NCBI RefSeq assembly: GCF_008831285.2
Contig: NC_045138.2
Coordinates: 19,406,001-19,470,000, forward strand
Source of the DNA: Nymphaea colorata
Lineage: Eukaryota
Reading direction: 5' to 3'
DNA length: 64,000 nucleotides
The position numbers and the translations under genes were made by a program. Under the pieces are notes generated by a model. The model did no database searches and had not been told where the DNA came from. It worked only from the letters and a program-made list of their open reading frames with translations. Shown here in pieces: positions 14,671 through 28,900 of this stretch (position 1 is its first letter; each line of letters starts with the position of its first letter).

Positions 14671-15491
14671 AAAGTATAGAAAGTGGAAAGTCTCTCGTCC
14701 TAACTGCGGTTTCCTCTACTTTAGCAATCAACTGACATCAATGGACGGTACGTTCCATTGAATGATAGATAAAGAAGTTTGTCATGACAATTAATCTACT
14801 CTCTGCACCGTAGATTAAACATGTCTATTTCGGATGGGGATATTGGAGACAGTTTGGGTGGAGGTCCACGTGAACCTGCATGTGGGCACCGGTGGATATT
14901 TGATGCCAAAATGGATGGACCGCGTCCATTGACAGCTCTTGGTCCAAGTCAATCTTCAAAGGAGTTCTGCGCGTGAAAGCGGTTCCGATATGGAATGGAT
15001 TTTGTAAGAACCAGATCCAACCTTGATCTACAAATCCATGATCAGGCCTGATTCCAAGGTAGAGATTAATCCAAGTAAAGCACGATCAAGTATGTTGAGT
15101 TCATATCGGTTTTAGGTGATAATACTGATGCAAGCAAAAATTTGAGTTCAAAGAACTTGCATTAAAATTGGAGTAAATTCATAAAACACTCAATTTTTCT
15201 GTAAATATATGAATCTAACTGTTTCATTTGCCAAATGGGCCCAAAATGTTCAAGTTGAAAGCCACTGCTATTATTACAAACTGGGGCAATATTGTAAGAT
15301 CCGTATGGGAATTTATTGTATCAGATCATGGGTTCAATTGATTCAAATTCATTTGTGGATATAGTTCTTAATGAAGTTACTTATGATGTGAGATTCCTTG
15401 GGGGCATCTTAAATCCATGATTCCAATAAACTCCAGATTTGAAATCTATGTACATAATATAAGAGAAACCATTAACCCCTCAATCGATAAA

Positions 15492-15513
15492 TCTCTCTCT
15501 CTCTCTCTCTCTC

Positions 15514-15576
<63 letters not shown>

Positions 15577-15592
15577 AAGAGAGAGAGAGAGA
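15492..15592. repeat. Compound microsatellite (TC)n-(AT)n-(AG)n
   Basis: Directly visible in the sequence. Confidence 0.95.
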
Positions 15593-16340
15593 GGGAGGGA
15601 GGCGTGTCCAACATGAAATGCGTGGATTAAAGAGGCAAAGGTTGCAAATTCGATCTGTAACATGCGTCATTCATGTATGTTGACCGAGATGTGCCGATTT
15701 TAATGACTCTTGAGTGCGTCCACTACGCAATGTTATGCATGGAATAAGCAATCTAATTGATTTGGAAGAACACGGAATGCTGCACTGTGCGAGATTGTAG
15801 GTGTTTCGGGGAATCAACCAAAACCCTAGAGCACATTTGCTTGCAGGAGACGACAATAGGTGTGTGGGCGTTCCACTTATTTTATAAGCTTCGTCTTATA
15901 AACCTTATGATATAAATGAATGTAGATTATATAAAGACGTGGGAATTAAAAACTTGCGATTCCGATACCTAAATCGAATTATATGGGCCAGGAAAGTGTT
16001 GCTTTAGAAAGTCTTTTGAAATTTGAATTGAATGTAGATTATATGGCTCTCCGGAAACAAAATTTCCGGAATCAGCTCCTAATTTCAGAAACAAAAATGC
16101 CCCGTTTGTTTCAATACTTGTAATTTCTTGAGCATTTTGACTCTAAAATTCTACGATTCCGGATGCATCAAAATGAACAAGAAGAAAAGAAGCAAAACGC
16201 AACAAGCTTAGGATTCTGGTGAATAACCAAATGCAAAATTCCACCAACCGTCTGGGAGCAGCTTTCAGTAAAACTGGCCTACACAGTAAGCCCAGATTCC
16301 TCTTGCTTTAGAAGCAGCAAGTTCCATGTATTCTCTTAAA

Positions 16341-16696
16341 CTAAGTCACATGGGTATGAGCACGGATTAAGTATGAATGTGTAGGCGCGGATACAATAAC
16401 TTTAGAAAATGTGGGTATGGTGTATGACAGGGTATGTATATATGCAAACCAAAAAGCTCAAAACTAGAGCGATATTTAGGTAAAAATAAAGTAATTTAAA
16501 AAAAAATAACTCTTAAAAACAAAAAGAAGAGTGAATAAGAAATAAGTTAAATCAAGTAAAAGTAAGTAGTTTGGATCAGTTTGAATCTAAAAAGTATTCA
16601 CCTGTGTATAAATGCTATGTCGGTATTACGACAGAGATACATGTCGCTATTACGACACAGATACATGAATCTTATTGAAGTATCCACATGACCTAG
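16341..16696. mobile_element. Probable MITE
   Basis: Imperfect TIRs CTAAGTCACATGGGTA ... TATCCACATGACCTAG and an internal 24-bp tandem duplication (about 16617-16666). No TSD found. A related relic lies at about 8390-8640 in kinase intron 1. Confidence 0.4.
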
Positions 16697-17679
16697 CTGT
16701 TTTTGACAAAAAAACATGGGAAAACTTAGATCTCCAACGCTTTTATCTCCAACTCAGTCCAAAAAACTAAGCCGAACCAATTCAGATGTAATATTTTAAG
16801 TGAGGAATCCGGTGCCTACTGAACCGGCTACTTATGAGCTTCAACCCTCAGGCGGCAAGAGGAATAAAAGATCTAGAGGTACAGGATGATTGTGACTAAT
16901 AAAGCATCTGTTTGCCATGGAAATGCCCCTCCGTGTATGGTCGAGAATGGGCCGCCACCAACGTAAACCACCTCGCCCTAGTATTAACACGCCTCCTGTA
17001 TGCCGATTGATGATATTGAGACCGACAGTTTGTCCTTAAAGCAGAAGATCAGACCTGCAACTGATGAGGGCCTTGAAAAACCCAATCGGCTTATGAAGGC
17101 CGTGAAAATTGGGGGTCGAAAGTAATGTCCTTAGATGATGGGATTTGGGAAAGCAGAAGCAGGAAGTGCAAGAAAGCTCGAGGAAGCAAATCCTGAAAAA
17201 GAGAAGTGGGGATATCTCTTCGTCAAAAGTCCAAGACAAAACGAAAGAAAGTTTTGAGACTTGGTGAAGAGGATGGCATGAGTCAAAGTTCAGAACCAAT
17301 AAATTGTCCCTTTGTTGAGTAGTTTCCATCAAAACAAAATGCGAACAGAAAAAAGAAAGGGATCCGATGATAACTGTTCCACAGAACAGTTGTTACATAA
17401 CAATCATAATTGATATTGGAAAGGCAAAACGGGGAGCAAGGAAGCTGAAGCGCCAGTTAGATCACCTGGGTGATGTAATCAAAGGAAAATGGTGAAAGAA
17501 GTTCTGTTCTTGTAGTTGCTCTTTACAGAACAGATGTACATGCCAGATGATGGCCTGAATTATACAGCCGAACGTGGTTGCTGAATCCACCACCAACAAT
17601 TCCCAAACTTGGCTTGGTCCAAGTTTTGCAGAATTCTGATATATCTGTGTTTGAATATCATGTCGGTGCAAGTAGAATT

Positions 17680-20600
17680 TCATTTATTGCCAAATATGCC
17701 AAATAGGGACTTGATGGCCTTTACTGCATTCTGATTGATGAAGGATTCATCAAATTTCTCCATTAGCCCCTCGAATTCTTCTGTATCTCTTATAGTTGCA
17801 AGGTCAGGATCTGAACGGATGGCCTGCAAAAATACAGACATTAATATGAGTTATACACCACCAATTAATAAACAAGGTCACTTGCAAGTGATTAAATTAG
17901 TACCTTGAAATCTTCATAACCCGCTTTTAGGGCATCCTCAAGTGCAGATAGACCAGCTTGTACCTGTGAAAATTTACAGCGTTTGACCATCTGTCATGCA
18001 TGATTATCACATTTTTTCACAATATTGAATCTTGAGTTGAAGGCTTACATTGCATGCTTTTCATTTACAGAACTAGAATAGCTTCTTGTCGGAAGCTTGT
18101 TTCTGTATGATGAGTCCTTGTTTGTTAGTAACCTCTTAATTCCGGAGAAGCATTTTCAAGCCAGATATCGACTAATGACGACTAATACCATCCTATAATG
18201 TGAAGATCATGATGGACACATCGTCACTGGAACAGATAGGGCCAGACCAAGCCCAAACATGTGGATGATTCGAGCAGCCTCAGCTTCTAGCTGATTCTTC
18301 TAGATAATGGCTACACTAGAAAAACATGTAGCCTGACTAGAATAAATTGGGGCATATTTATGTTCCTATCTCGCGCTTACAAATATGAGTTTTCAACTAC
18401 GTCATAACTCATACGGGACTATGCCATATACAAGCTTCATCATATTTTTGAAATCATCACTCGTGCATTAGCTGATATCTCTACATCCATTGCCACGTTA
18501 CACAGGCTTTGATATGTTTAAGTGTTTAAGTTGAATATTGTTACTAATGTGATGTTCTGCATCACGCTGTATATATTCGGAACTATTTGATTCTAAGCAA
18601 AAAAGTGTACCTTTGGCAAGATATTGCACAATAACCTGATTAGCCAAACATATCATGTACACATCTTGCTAGAGAAGCTCACTTTGCCTTAAACAGGAAA
18701 AACATTTGACCTCCCTAAGGAGGATAAAAATTTTTTGTCCAAACTTTTTCCTTTCGGCAACAATCAAGCAGGCCTTCATTGTAATAACCCCAGATGAGGA
18801 GAAAATAAGAATAATAGTATGAAAGCCAAATCTACAAAGAAGGAAAGAACAAAGAAAAGAAGCTATAAATCCTATCCAAACGACACCATTCATACAAATG
18901 AAGCAGTTTCTCTCTTCTCTTTTACCATACCTGTTTAAGCTTAGAATAACAGCAGGCAACATTGTAACATGCAATGGAAGCTTCTCTAGGTTCAGGCTTG
19001 GACCCCAAAACGGACTCGAATTTTATCAATGCTTCTTCATATTTCGCATCCCTGTTCAAATAAAATATTGCACTAGTAAAACTCCTGGGATGCAAAAAAA
19101 ATCATTCCCATAACCTCACTACCAAAAATGAACCTCATCAATACTGCTACTTTATGTTGCGTCTTAATCTATAATAAACAAAAGAAAAAAGTTATGAAGA
19201 ATACTGAAGCATTATATGAGCCTTAGGTTCTCAAGCATCCAAAGCTTGGTTCAAGAAAGAGCTGGGATGAGTTTGACGACATTCCCAACATAGTCTATTT
19301 GTAGCATCAGCTGAGCCCAGTTTTTATGTTACAGCTGTCATTCCACAAGATATGAGCCTATTTTCATGGAAAACAATACTGTGGTGAGGATAGTGAAAAG
19401 AAAATTTGCCTAATCAAGCCAGTAACTACAACTTCAAAGGTCCCCGTCATTAGAATCAGAGGAAAGCTCCAGGTCAAGACAGCAGTACGTGTTTTAATGA
19501 AACACTGTTTGGAAGCCTATGATCAAACTCAGTGCTACACTCCACAATTATTATGCTGCTCCTACTTTCATCTCTCGCCACCCATTTCCAAGGGCCTTAT
19601 TTGACGGTTTTCAAAACATACAAACAGAAGCTACAGGTCACATATCTTTAAGGAAGATAGTTCTTTAAACATGAGCAGATTGGTTTTATTAGAAAGAAAT
19701 ATGAAGATAGTTCTTTAAACATGAGCAGATTGGTTTTATTAGAAAGAAATATTTCATGGACAACCATAAGAAAAACCAAACAAATAAAAGGTTCTGCATC
19801 TAGAAGCCTAAAGTATTCACATGTGGGAGTCACATACTACAGGTTTCCCACTGTGGTCCAAGCTTCCAAATGTTTATTGCCTTAAGGAAGTGTCTTAAAT
19901 AGTGAACGACTGAAAACTCTTCTTAAGTCTACACCAGCGTATGAGGCCTCTAAAGCTACAATTTTAGATAGTAATTTTTGAAGGTAAAAGATACAACCCT
20001 GAAAAACAACATGACCAAAACAGCACATTTTTTCCTTAACATTATAGCTACAGATGAGAAATTACAGAACAAGACTAAGGATCCGGGTTTACTTGTAAAG
20101 CCTTAAACCCTCCCGAAGTTCCCTTTCTCTGCGCTCCTTTTGTTCCATCAACCTTAGGTAGTTTTGCATCTGAACGTTCATTGAAGATACACAAATTGAA
20201 TGAGTAAATATTTAATATTCTAGGTATCTCAAACAGATTTGGGATCCCACCCTTCTAAAGAATTAGATGGTAGAACAAAATGCATCAAGACAAAAGGAAA
20301 ATCAGGAAACTGTGGGATAAAATTGCCAGACAACATGGTCAATAATCCTCCAGCCTCCTAAAAATATGGAAACATAGACCACATAATTATAATAAATCAG
20401 AAGCACAGAAGAAGCGTGTCAAGGGACTAGCAGAATCGTGCCGAAGACTAACACCACAAAAGCCAAAGAAAAAGAAAAGCAAATGAGATTTAAAGGGAAT
20501 AAAGAGTTTGCCAATAGTACTTACTTGGATCTCCCTAACTCTGTCGCTGATAAAACCTGAGTTTCTTTCAGCTCTAATGATTTCTTTCTCTGTAAGTTCA

Positions 20601-21692
20601 ACAAACTCAACCTTCCCTAGGAACACAAAAGCACAAGAGTGTGGAATTTCAGAAGCTTAGACGGAGAGAGAGGCATTCTACACGTCTCTTGAATGAAACT
20701 TTGGAAGGAAAAAGACATTTTTGGACCTTAGACAGGAAACTGTATTGAAAAGCTTTCACGGTAAAACCAATTTGAGGTAACAACTAACAACATAGCCAAT
20801 TAGAAAGAGCAAGCAAAAGCGGTAAAATCTTAACTCTGAACTAACCATATCTTTTTTGCATTTTCATCAGCAAAGGCCCAATCCTCTGGCGGATTGTGTA
20901 CATTGTGCGCCCATATTCAGCAGCAGGCCATATCTCAGGCCCAAACACAGCACTGTGGAACGCATTTGAAGTCTAGTTAGAACTGAAGTAGCAGCACGAC
21001 CACTGTATGCATGAAATTTTTTTTATTTCTCATAGTTTCGATCTATTTTCATATTCGACATTGTTCCACCCTGATACATAATTACATAAAAGTAACTTCC
21101 GATAGTCAACACTAGAAATCATCATTCAACGTCTACAGGGTCGAAAAACTACATATGATCTACACCACACTCAACATAGAAATCACCTCATAAACAAAAA
21201 TCCTGGCATTTCCTACATCATCCGACTAAAGAAAACAATCCAAAGAAAGCATGTTAAACTCCAGACAGGATTTGACACCACAAACGGAAGAGGAACAATC
21301 AACAAAAAGGAGACAGTACCCAACCTGGTCGCAAGCACCTTGTCTCCGACTGTGAACAACCCCGACTTATCGGCGGATCCACCAGGAGCGATGGCGTCAA
21401 TGTAGGTCCCTCCATCCGAGCCCTTGAAGAACCTCAACCCATAAGGCTTATCCAATTCGACCTCATATTCTTCGAATTCCTCCTCGGTGGCTGGCTCAGC
21501 ATCGGTGGCAGCTGCCCGGACGACCGGAACCGGGCGTTGGGCGAGATGGGTAGTCAAGAAAACTGGAGAGGACCTCAGGATAGAAGGAAATCTCTGTTGG
21601 GGATCGAAGGGGAGAGACGGGTGTTGCTTGCTGTGCCTGGAAAGGGTGGAGGAAGGGGAGCATAGAGAGGAGGCAGAAAGGGAGAGGGACAT
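17680..21692 (-). CDS. MET1: Chloroplast MET1/ZKT protein (transit peptide, PDZ, K-box, TPR), 322 aa, 7 exons; not the DNA methyltransferase of the same name
   Basis: Exons 21692-21325, 20952-20846, 20616-20525, 20169-20093, 19051-18931, 17963-17904, 17823-17680 (969 nt, in phase). Ser-rich N-terminal transit peptide. PDZ YEVELDKPYGLRFFKGSDGGTYIDAIAPGG...SAVFGPEIWPAAEYGRTMYTIRQR. TPR YNVACCYSKLKQVQAGLSALEDAL. Ends AIKSLFGIFGNK*. Confidence 0.93.
19653..19752. repeat. Exact 50-bp tandem duplication in MET1 intron 4
   Basis: GAAGATAGTTCTTTAAACATGAGCAGATTGGTTTTATTAGAAAGAAATAT occurs twice. Confidence 0.95.
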
Positions 21693-22497
21693 GGCGGTGG
21701 ACTCTGAGACTCGATAGCAGGGGACTGCTGTTTCGACTAAGAGTGACGATGGAAAGGAAGGGTGCGGAGGGACGGAAGGGTCTTCTCGTTGCAGATGACA
21801 TCTTTTGGGGGTAGCTCCTGTGGCTCTACTTCATCTGCCGTGGCGTGCGGCTGAGCGTGGTCTTATATGGAGCATATTCGGTCCACACACGCGATTCTCC
21901 CCAAAAGCCGCACAGCAACGCCCGCGTGGCTTTCGCTAGGGATTCTGGGAATCCTACGTGGGAGTGTTTGGTCCTCTCTCTCTCCTCCAGGCAATCTTTT
22001 TCTCGCGCCGAGGTACAGAAGCTTCTTTCTCTCTCTCTCTCTCTCTCTCTCTTACGTGAGAGTATTTTTGTCGTTCATTCAGGATGAACTTCTTTGCTCT
22101 CCCTTTACAAACTCAACTTTATGAATGAATGTGCACTTTTTGAGTACTTATTAAAACCTTTTGAACTAAATCATATTTTGGCACTACTGTTAAAATTTGT
22201 TTAAATCAACCCAAGTGAGCCACGCGTCACACACTACCCATCATTCTTGTTAAGTCTTTGAATTACTTTCATATTTTGTTTCTTCAAGATCTATCTAATT
22301 ATTTATGTTTGTTAAATCGCTGTCCCGTTCTACGGTTCATTAAATAGCAGCTCGACCAATTTGTAACAAGTTGGATGTTATGGCATTCCGCTTACAATCG
22401 TGAAATGTCTCAACCGCTTGACTGAATGCGGCGGATTTTGACCTGTGGTGTCATGATAGAATGCATGCACCGGACCAATTTGATTTAATTCTGGATT

Positions 22498-22539
22498 TTA
22501 ATGACATTCAATTGGTTACCCATTCTCTCTCTCTCTCTT

Positions 22540-22573
<34 letters not shown>

Positions 22574-22599
22574 ATGGGTAACCAATTCAATGTCATTAA
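22498..22599. repeat. Near-perfect 102-bp palindrome centred on (TA)n
   Basis: TTAATGACATTCAATTGGTTACCCATT(CT)n ... (GA)nAATGGGTAACCAATTCAATGTCATTAA. The unique arms differ by one mismatch. Confidence 0.95.
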
Positions 22600-24385
22600 T
22601 ATATATATATATAGTGTGTGTGTACGTGGGTTTGTCTGGGTATTAGAATTCCTAAGATCAGGTCAATCTTAAAAAGAAAAATCTCAAATTCCAAATTTGA
22701 AAGAATCAAAGTTGGAGTCCTCCTAAATCGTTCGTAAGTCGTATCTTAATTGTCTCTATAAGATTAACGACTTTTGACATTTTTTATTGTATTTTACCAA
22801 TCCCAAAAATTTGGCAACCTAAGTTTTCTACTTTGACAGTCTGTGAGAAGCAAAACCACCCTTTTCTTCTTACTACTCTCAAGGAAGGCTATTTTGTGTG
22901 TCGCATATGTCACTGTTTGCAGTTCAGAAAAGTAACATCCATGAGAATAAAAAAAAAAGATGCATCATCAATATCAGGCCGACGCCCCTTGGAGCAATAT
23001 GGCTTCTAAAGTCAAAAATGACATTTTTATATTAATTTCTAGGCCTTTTAATTATGGGATCAGTGAGATTCATACAACAACATTAGAGCATGGGTCTCAA
23101 CTGAGAAGTAAAAAAAAAAAAAAGAGTACAACAAGGTTCTTTGTTTCTATTCTGGATCTATTTGGAACCTAAGTGTGAATCTATTTGGTGGTGTTCCTAT
23201 AATCAATCCCTAGTCAGTACTTACATTGACCTAAAAGCAGGTGTCCCAAAAACTTGAGTTGGTGGCTCATGGAGACTGCTGGTATGCAGGCCCAGCTAAG
23301 TTCATGTTCCACCACTCTATTTCACCAAATATTGGCGCTTCAACAACTCCATAAAACCATAAACCTAACTCTTTTCAGAATCATACTTTTTATCATCCTA
23401 GATCAACCAAAACTTATTCAGCACTTTTTTTTAGGTGTTTGATGGTGAGGGAAACAACCAAGTTTTTTTAAGAGTGTTAGGACCTGCTTTCCTAAGAGAT
23501 CCATGTAGAACAGTTCCAGTTTTGGCTACAATGTAGAATCCTCGAGAAACACAACACTCAATCACTGTTCTGTGAATGCATGACAATTGACAAGGACACC
23601 CACAAGCAGACACGCGGACGTTGCAAGCTACGGTTTAGCGTTACAATCGACGAAAATATTGTATATAAGAAGGCAGTAAACATATGAATACGGCGTGGTA
23701 TAGTTTATGTTTACAAACATCAAATTGAAGTTTAAGCAAAAGTGTCTCAAGGGTAAGGGTTTCAACATAGTAGAGGTCAGTCATTGATTCTATTCCCATG
23801 GGCATACACCCTTTTCATTAAATCATAAGGGCAGAAGTATTAGTATTCGGGCTTTGTGCTACTATGCTTGCCCAAAGTTTGGCAAGTGGGCCACAGGTGA
23901 GGCTCGAAGAGGTATGACATAGCTGGTTGGACCGATGACGGTTAAAAAGTCGTTTCATAGCTCAATTTTCATAGGCATCAACTCCTTACCCAAAGCCAAT
24001 GCAGCCCTGGAGCCTAGAGGCAAGAGAATTTGGGGGGAGGGGAGCGAGGTTGGGGCGACCCTTGGCTTGCTTCTTGTCCCTTACTGGAGGATGGGATCTA
24101 ATATTTGACTTGAATTTCGCTTCCCCAGGTTGGACGCTTTAAAACAGACAATACACAAATGTCTATAACGGAGTTTTGGAAAAACCTAATCAAGCACCAT
24201 TTTCATCTGGGTTTCGATTTGACTCCAAATCTTTCAACAGATATCTGATTCAATTAAGGTGCAAGTGGTCCTTTCTGTGGATACAAATGGTCCAGTCCCA
24301 GGATTGCTAAGTCAATTGGATTTCAAACAAAACTGAACCATTTATATGGATCATTGTTAAATTAACATGGGTTGTTAATGGCTTC

Positions 24386-24610
24386 AAGGGGCATAGCATA
24401 GTTGGTCAGGCTAGGGGCACATGTCTCTAGTTTGATTCTCATGGGCATTATGCTCATGTGTCTTAAGGTGGTAGGGCGCAACATCCCAGTTAAAGGGTGC
24501 ACCGTTGCTATCAGTGACACCGACACAACTCAGGACCCCAAAGGCAGGGAGAATGGGAGGCCTTCGGGCCTCGTTTCGGGCGGTGGGATGAACCGCTTAA
24601 TGGATTTATT
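24386..24610 (+). mobile_element. tRNA-derived SINE-like relic
   Basis: Head GGGGCATAGCATAGTTGGTCAGG (A-box-like) ... GTTTGATTCTCATGGGC (B-box-like). Homologous heads occur elsewhere in the window. The 3' end is approximate. Confidence 0.5.
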
Positions 24611-25943
24611 TTCTTAACAATCTGGATCGAAATTTTCTTTTTACTCCAAAAGTACTTCTATGGATCTTCTTTATGACAAATTAAGATGCTTGGCTGTTTA
24701 ATATAATTCAACACATCAGTTAGGTGCACTTTCCATTTCAGTCCAAATTAGGCTTTTTGAAGTTAATAGTGGTTCCAAATGACCGATCCAAACATGATAT
24801 TATAATCTTTGGAGTGGAGGTGGTATGCAAGTATTATACTCGCAATATACGGGCGCCCTTATGTGAGCAAGACCTAAATTTTAAATTCGGATCTCTAAAT
24901 TCAGAAACTTGATCCGTGAAATTGTTGACCATGTGGCATCTCCCATTGGCCTTTCTTTGGAAAAAAGCTTTTTAAATTTATTTTGAGATTTTTAATTATG
25001 AAGCATATGCTTGCGAGTTATTTTATGAACTTCGGGAGTAAAAGGTTAATCCTTTAAACATTAAACAATTCTTTGTCAGTATAACACAAATTGAGCAATT
25101 TACATACGTTTCTGTTTTATTTTAAAACGAAAAATCCAACAATGAGGACATAAAACAAATTTATTATCATTTAATTTTAAGGTGGAAGTCAGAAAAATGG
25201 TCATTTCATGGGTCATACTCAATATGATCAGTTTGGAACCTACATGATCAGTTTGGAACCTTTCTCTTATTATCGCCAATTTTATGCTTGTTCCTGAAAA
25301 TTTCCCTTAATTTTTTTAAGCAACATGATACACAAAGACAAGAAAGGCTATTGTTAATCGCAAGATATAAAATCTAAGAAGACATCGTACACCGTAAGCA
25401 TGAGATGTTGTCATTGCACATAGAAAAAAGTATACAAGAAAAGTCTAGGTACAATATAGCAGCATTCCTTCTAGTAACAACTACCAACTATTAACACAAG
25501 TCACCTACTCCCTGTTCCTGCAAACCTGAGAAAGCCCTCCAAACAGCTTCACTTGGACAACACTCCCATAATTTACCATACACAAGTCCCAGGTTAACTT
25601 ATTGAGAAACAAGTTTTTGCAGGCATAGTAACTTTCTGCCTCTACTTACAAAAGCTTTCTTCAACCTTTGCCAATGCTCCAAAATGTTCTACAAGCAAGC
25701 CCTTTTCATCTGCAGCAAAAAACCTCCTACCTCCTCGCTTCAATGATCTAGCAATGCATTTGATATTTCACAAGTAAAAGATAAACAAAACACAAAAAGA
25801 AAAAAAAGCCGATGTTTCTTCTTTATTACACTTCACATGGTCTTCTGAACTGCAAAACTGGACTTAAAAAGTACTAGCTGCATCCATGAACACCAAAAAT
25901 CCATCACCAGATGCTCCTGGTGTGAAGCAACGGTCAAACCAAC

Positions 25944-28900
25944 CTATGATATTTTATTGGTCTTCAAGCTGGTACAGGAAAGGATCCTTTTCCCATAAGG
26001 GCTACTCCTCAGAGCCGGAGCATGAGGCTTTATAGCATTTACAAGGGCAGCATGAATGGGGCCCTGGAGAAAACAAAGAACAAAGAATTTAGGTAATCAA
26101 TGTACCGCAGGCTCAATTTAGGTTGGAATAACAAGCATGCAAAAGAGAATCTGATTTATCAAGAACCTTGGAATTGTTCAATGCTGACTGAACAACATAG
26201 TTTGCATAAGGATCTTGCAAAAGTTGCGGAAAGCGGGAATCAGCCATAAGTTCTGGAATAATACGGGCTGAAGCCTCCTCTGCAGCACACTTGAAACATT
26301 TCTCGACCACATTACTGCTAAATTTCTGTATGGACAAACATGCAAAATTTCCTTCCAGTTGGTCCATGACATGCGAATTTGCCCAAGGAAGATCAAGATC
26401 AAATACAAATTGCACCACATAGTTCCTGTAGAAAGTTTCAAAGAGAAACTCCATAAACAAATGCCTCGCAAGAAGAATGTAAATTTAACATGATATTATT
26501 CTTAAGAAATAACAATGCATGTTTCCAAGGCAAAATAGACTCCATGTATGCTTACCCAAATTGATCCTGTGACAGCATTAGTGCATGCACACCAATCTCA
26601 CAAACTAAACGACGCCTTGGTTCACCATCAGAAAAGGTGAGGCATTTTTGCATCACACAACAACCGTGGCGATGAGTAGAAATTTCAACACAGTTGGCTA
26701 CCGCAGCATCAAAGAGAAACTGTCAATCATAAATTTCAAGTTAGTAGTGATTGTCTGTCATTGATGCGCTATCATGGAATAATTTATAGTCAGAAGCAAA
26801 TATAAAACGTTATAGATTATCGGTACAAAAGACAACACATTAACATAGAATCATGGACAATCAGTATGAATACACTGAACAATCATGTTACTCCCATCAT
26901 AGGACATAACCATAGAGCTTCTAGTAGGAAAATTCAAAGAAATTAGAAAAAAGCCTACGAAAATTTGTTCAGAAAAAAATTGCTAGAATTTGCTTCATTT
27001 TTTACTTATGTAAGTGGTCACATCAAAATGGTAATGTGTTCCCCCCACAACCAGGTTTGCATCACAATGTTGAACTGCCCAGAAAAAACATCACATGATG
27101 AGTCTAGGAATCTTTAAGCTAAAACCAGTTTAATATGAACTTCTATTATCATTCACCCTCACAAAGGAAGAGTTACATATTTAATGAATAGTCTTTTGAA
27201 AAAAACATATATTTTTCCTGAGCACGTATAGAAACTGTAAATGTTTTACATTGATACTGTCAAAGGTAACACTTTAACAGGAACTTGCTTGTCTTTGTTA
27301 TTGTACAAAAATTACTACCGGTTACAAGAAAAAATAAGAAGGCATTTCATCATGATGAAATTATATAAGCTAAAAAAATTGCAAAGTCAGCCCAATTCTG
27401 ACTTCTAGTAAAAGGCTTTAATTTTTCAACCTTCAGCATGCTTATTATATTACATAGAAATTTCAGGGCACATAAGTGAAAACGGAATTTAATTTTAACT
27501 TTTTAACAACTAGCAAGAGTTAATTAATATTAAATAATCATATCATTTATTAAGGGGACAAAATAATTTAATTTTCTTTACTTCTTCCCAGTAATAGTCA
27601 AATCTGCAGTCTCCACTGCACACATGCATATTTTTCAGTTCATATTATAACATTTTTAACATTTCATCTTGATTTTTTTCTTGTCATGCTAAAGCCTTGA
27701 CTAATGCAATTATGGAGGAACGTCAGCACAATGGTTAAAGTGAAAAAAGAACTAAGCAGGACAGTTCGCCAAAACAACCACATAAACCCTGCCCTCAGTA
27801 TATCTCAACTGTCAAGAGAATACAGCAAGCTAGCATTCATACGGATTTAAAGAGAAAAAAAGAATTGAGTCAAACATTTTCCTCTTGCTTATGATAATAT
27901 TTTGGTGCAGACAAGGTTTAGTACTTTAGTTAGCGCAAGCAAGATATGAGTTAACAGAATTCCATCAGATGACAAAGTCATTCATGCACATTCTATAATT
28001 TGCTGACTTTGTTTTCAAGGCCTCAAGCCTATTCATCTAAAAAGTAACAAAGCACAGAGAGACATTCAGAAATATAGGCTATCGAGCAAAATATATCAAC
28101 AAAATACAAGATACCCTGATGTCATTAACTAAAATATTGGACCTTGCTGCAGCATCATGACTTGAAAAATCCGTACCCTAAATCAGGCAGATGCTGCTTC
28201 AGGATCAGTTTCATCCTCCACCAAGCCGATATGAAGCATCACACACAGCTCACTTATGTGTGTTTCTGTTTGCATGTGTTTAATTTTAGACATGTCCAAT
28301 TTTTTTTGACTTAATTTTAAGTATATGAAATGTACAACTAAGAAATGTGCATACAAACTGCTCTAGCACATATTTACCACATGCAAGTCCATGACTGCTG
28401 TATCCTTACTGGTTCAAGCAAATGTGATTACTTATTCAGGATTTTAAATCAAAAGTCTGGCATACATTCATAAAGAATACAACTGAGACAAGGTTTGGAG
28501 AGATTGTTTGAAGCTCAGTAATTATTTCTTAATTAATGCTAGTTACCTTTTGATATCATTCCATTTAGCATTTTACATTTTTATGTAAAGATAGCTAAAG
28601 TTAACCAAAAAAATCTCATGATACACTTCATAAAAGCTGACACTAGCCAAGGCCAATTATACCAACCGTACAATCACATTTAACAAAAAGGGTACCTTCA
28701 TGGCACATTAATCAACTTAAAACCATGTTAATACAGCCAAATAAGACTGGAAGGTGGCACTAAGCCCAGACCAACTAGACAATCATATAATTATTAAGAA
28801 GGCATCCACTTTTAGAAACATAGGATGGTCAATATTCCAATGTGACCTATTATTAAGAAACTTTTTGACAGTCTAATTCTCTCTGAAACTTGAAGAGTTA

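Noticed and set aside
17005..17070. TGATGA...CTGA C/D-box-like pair
   Set aside because: Short, with no terminal stem or recognisable rRNA guide; expected by chance.
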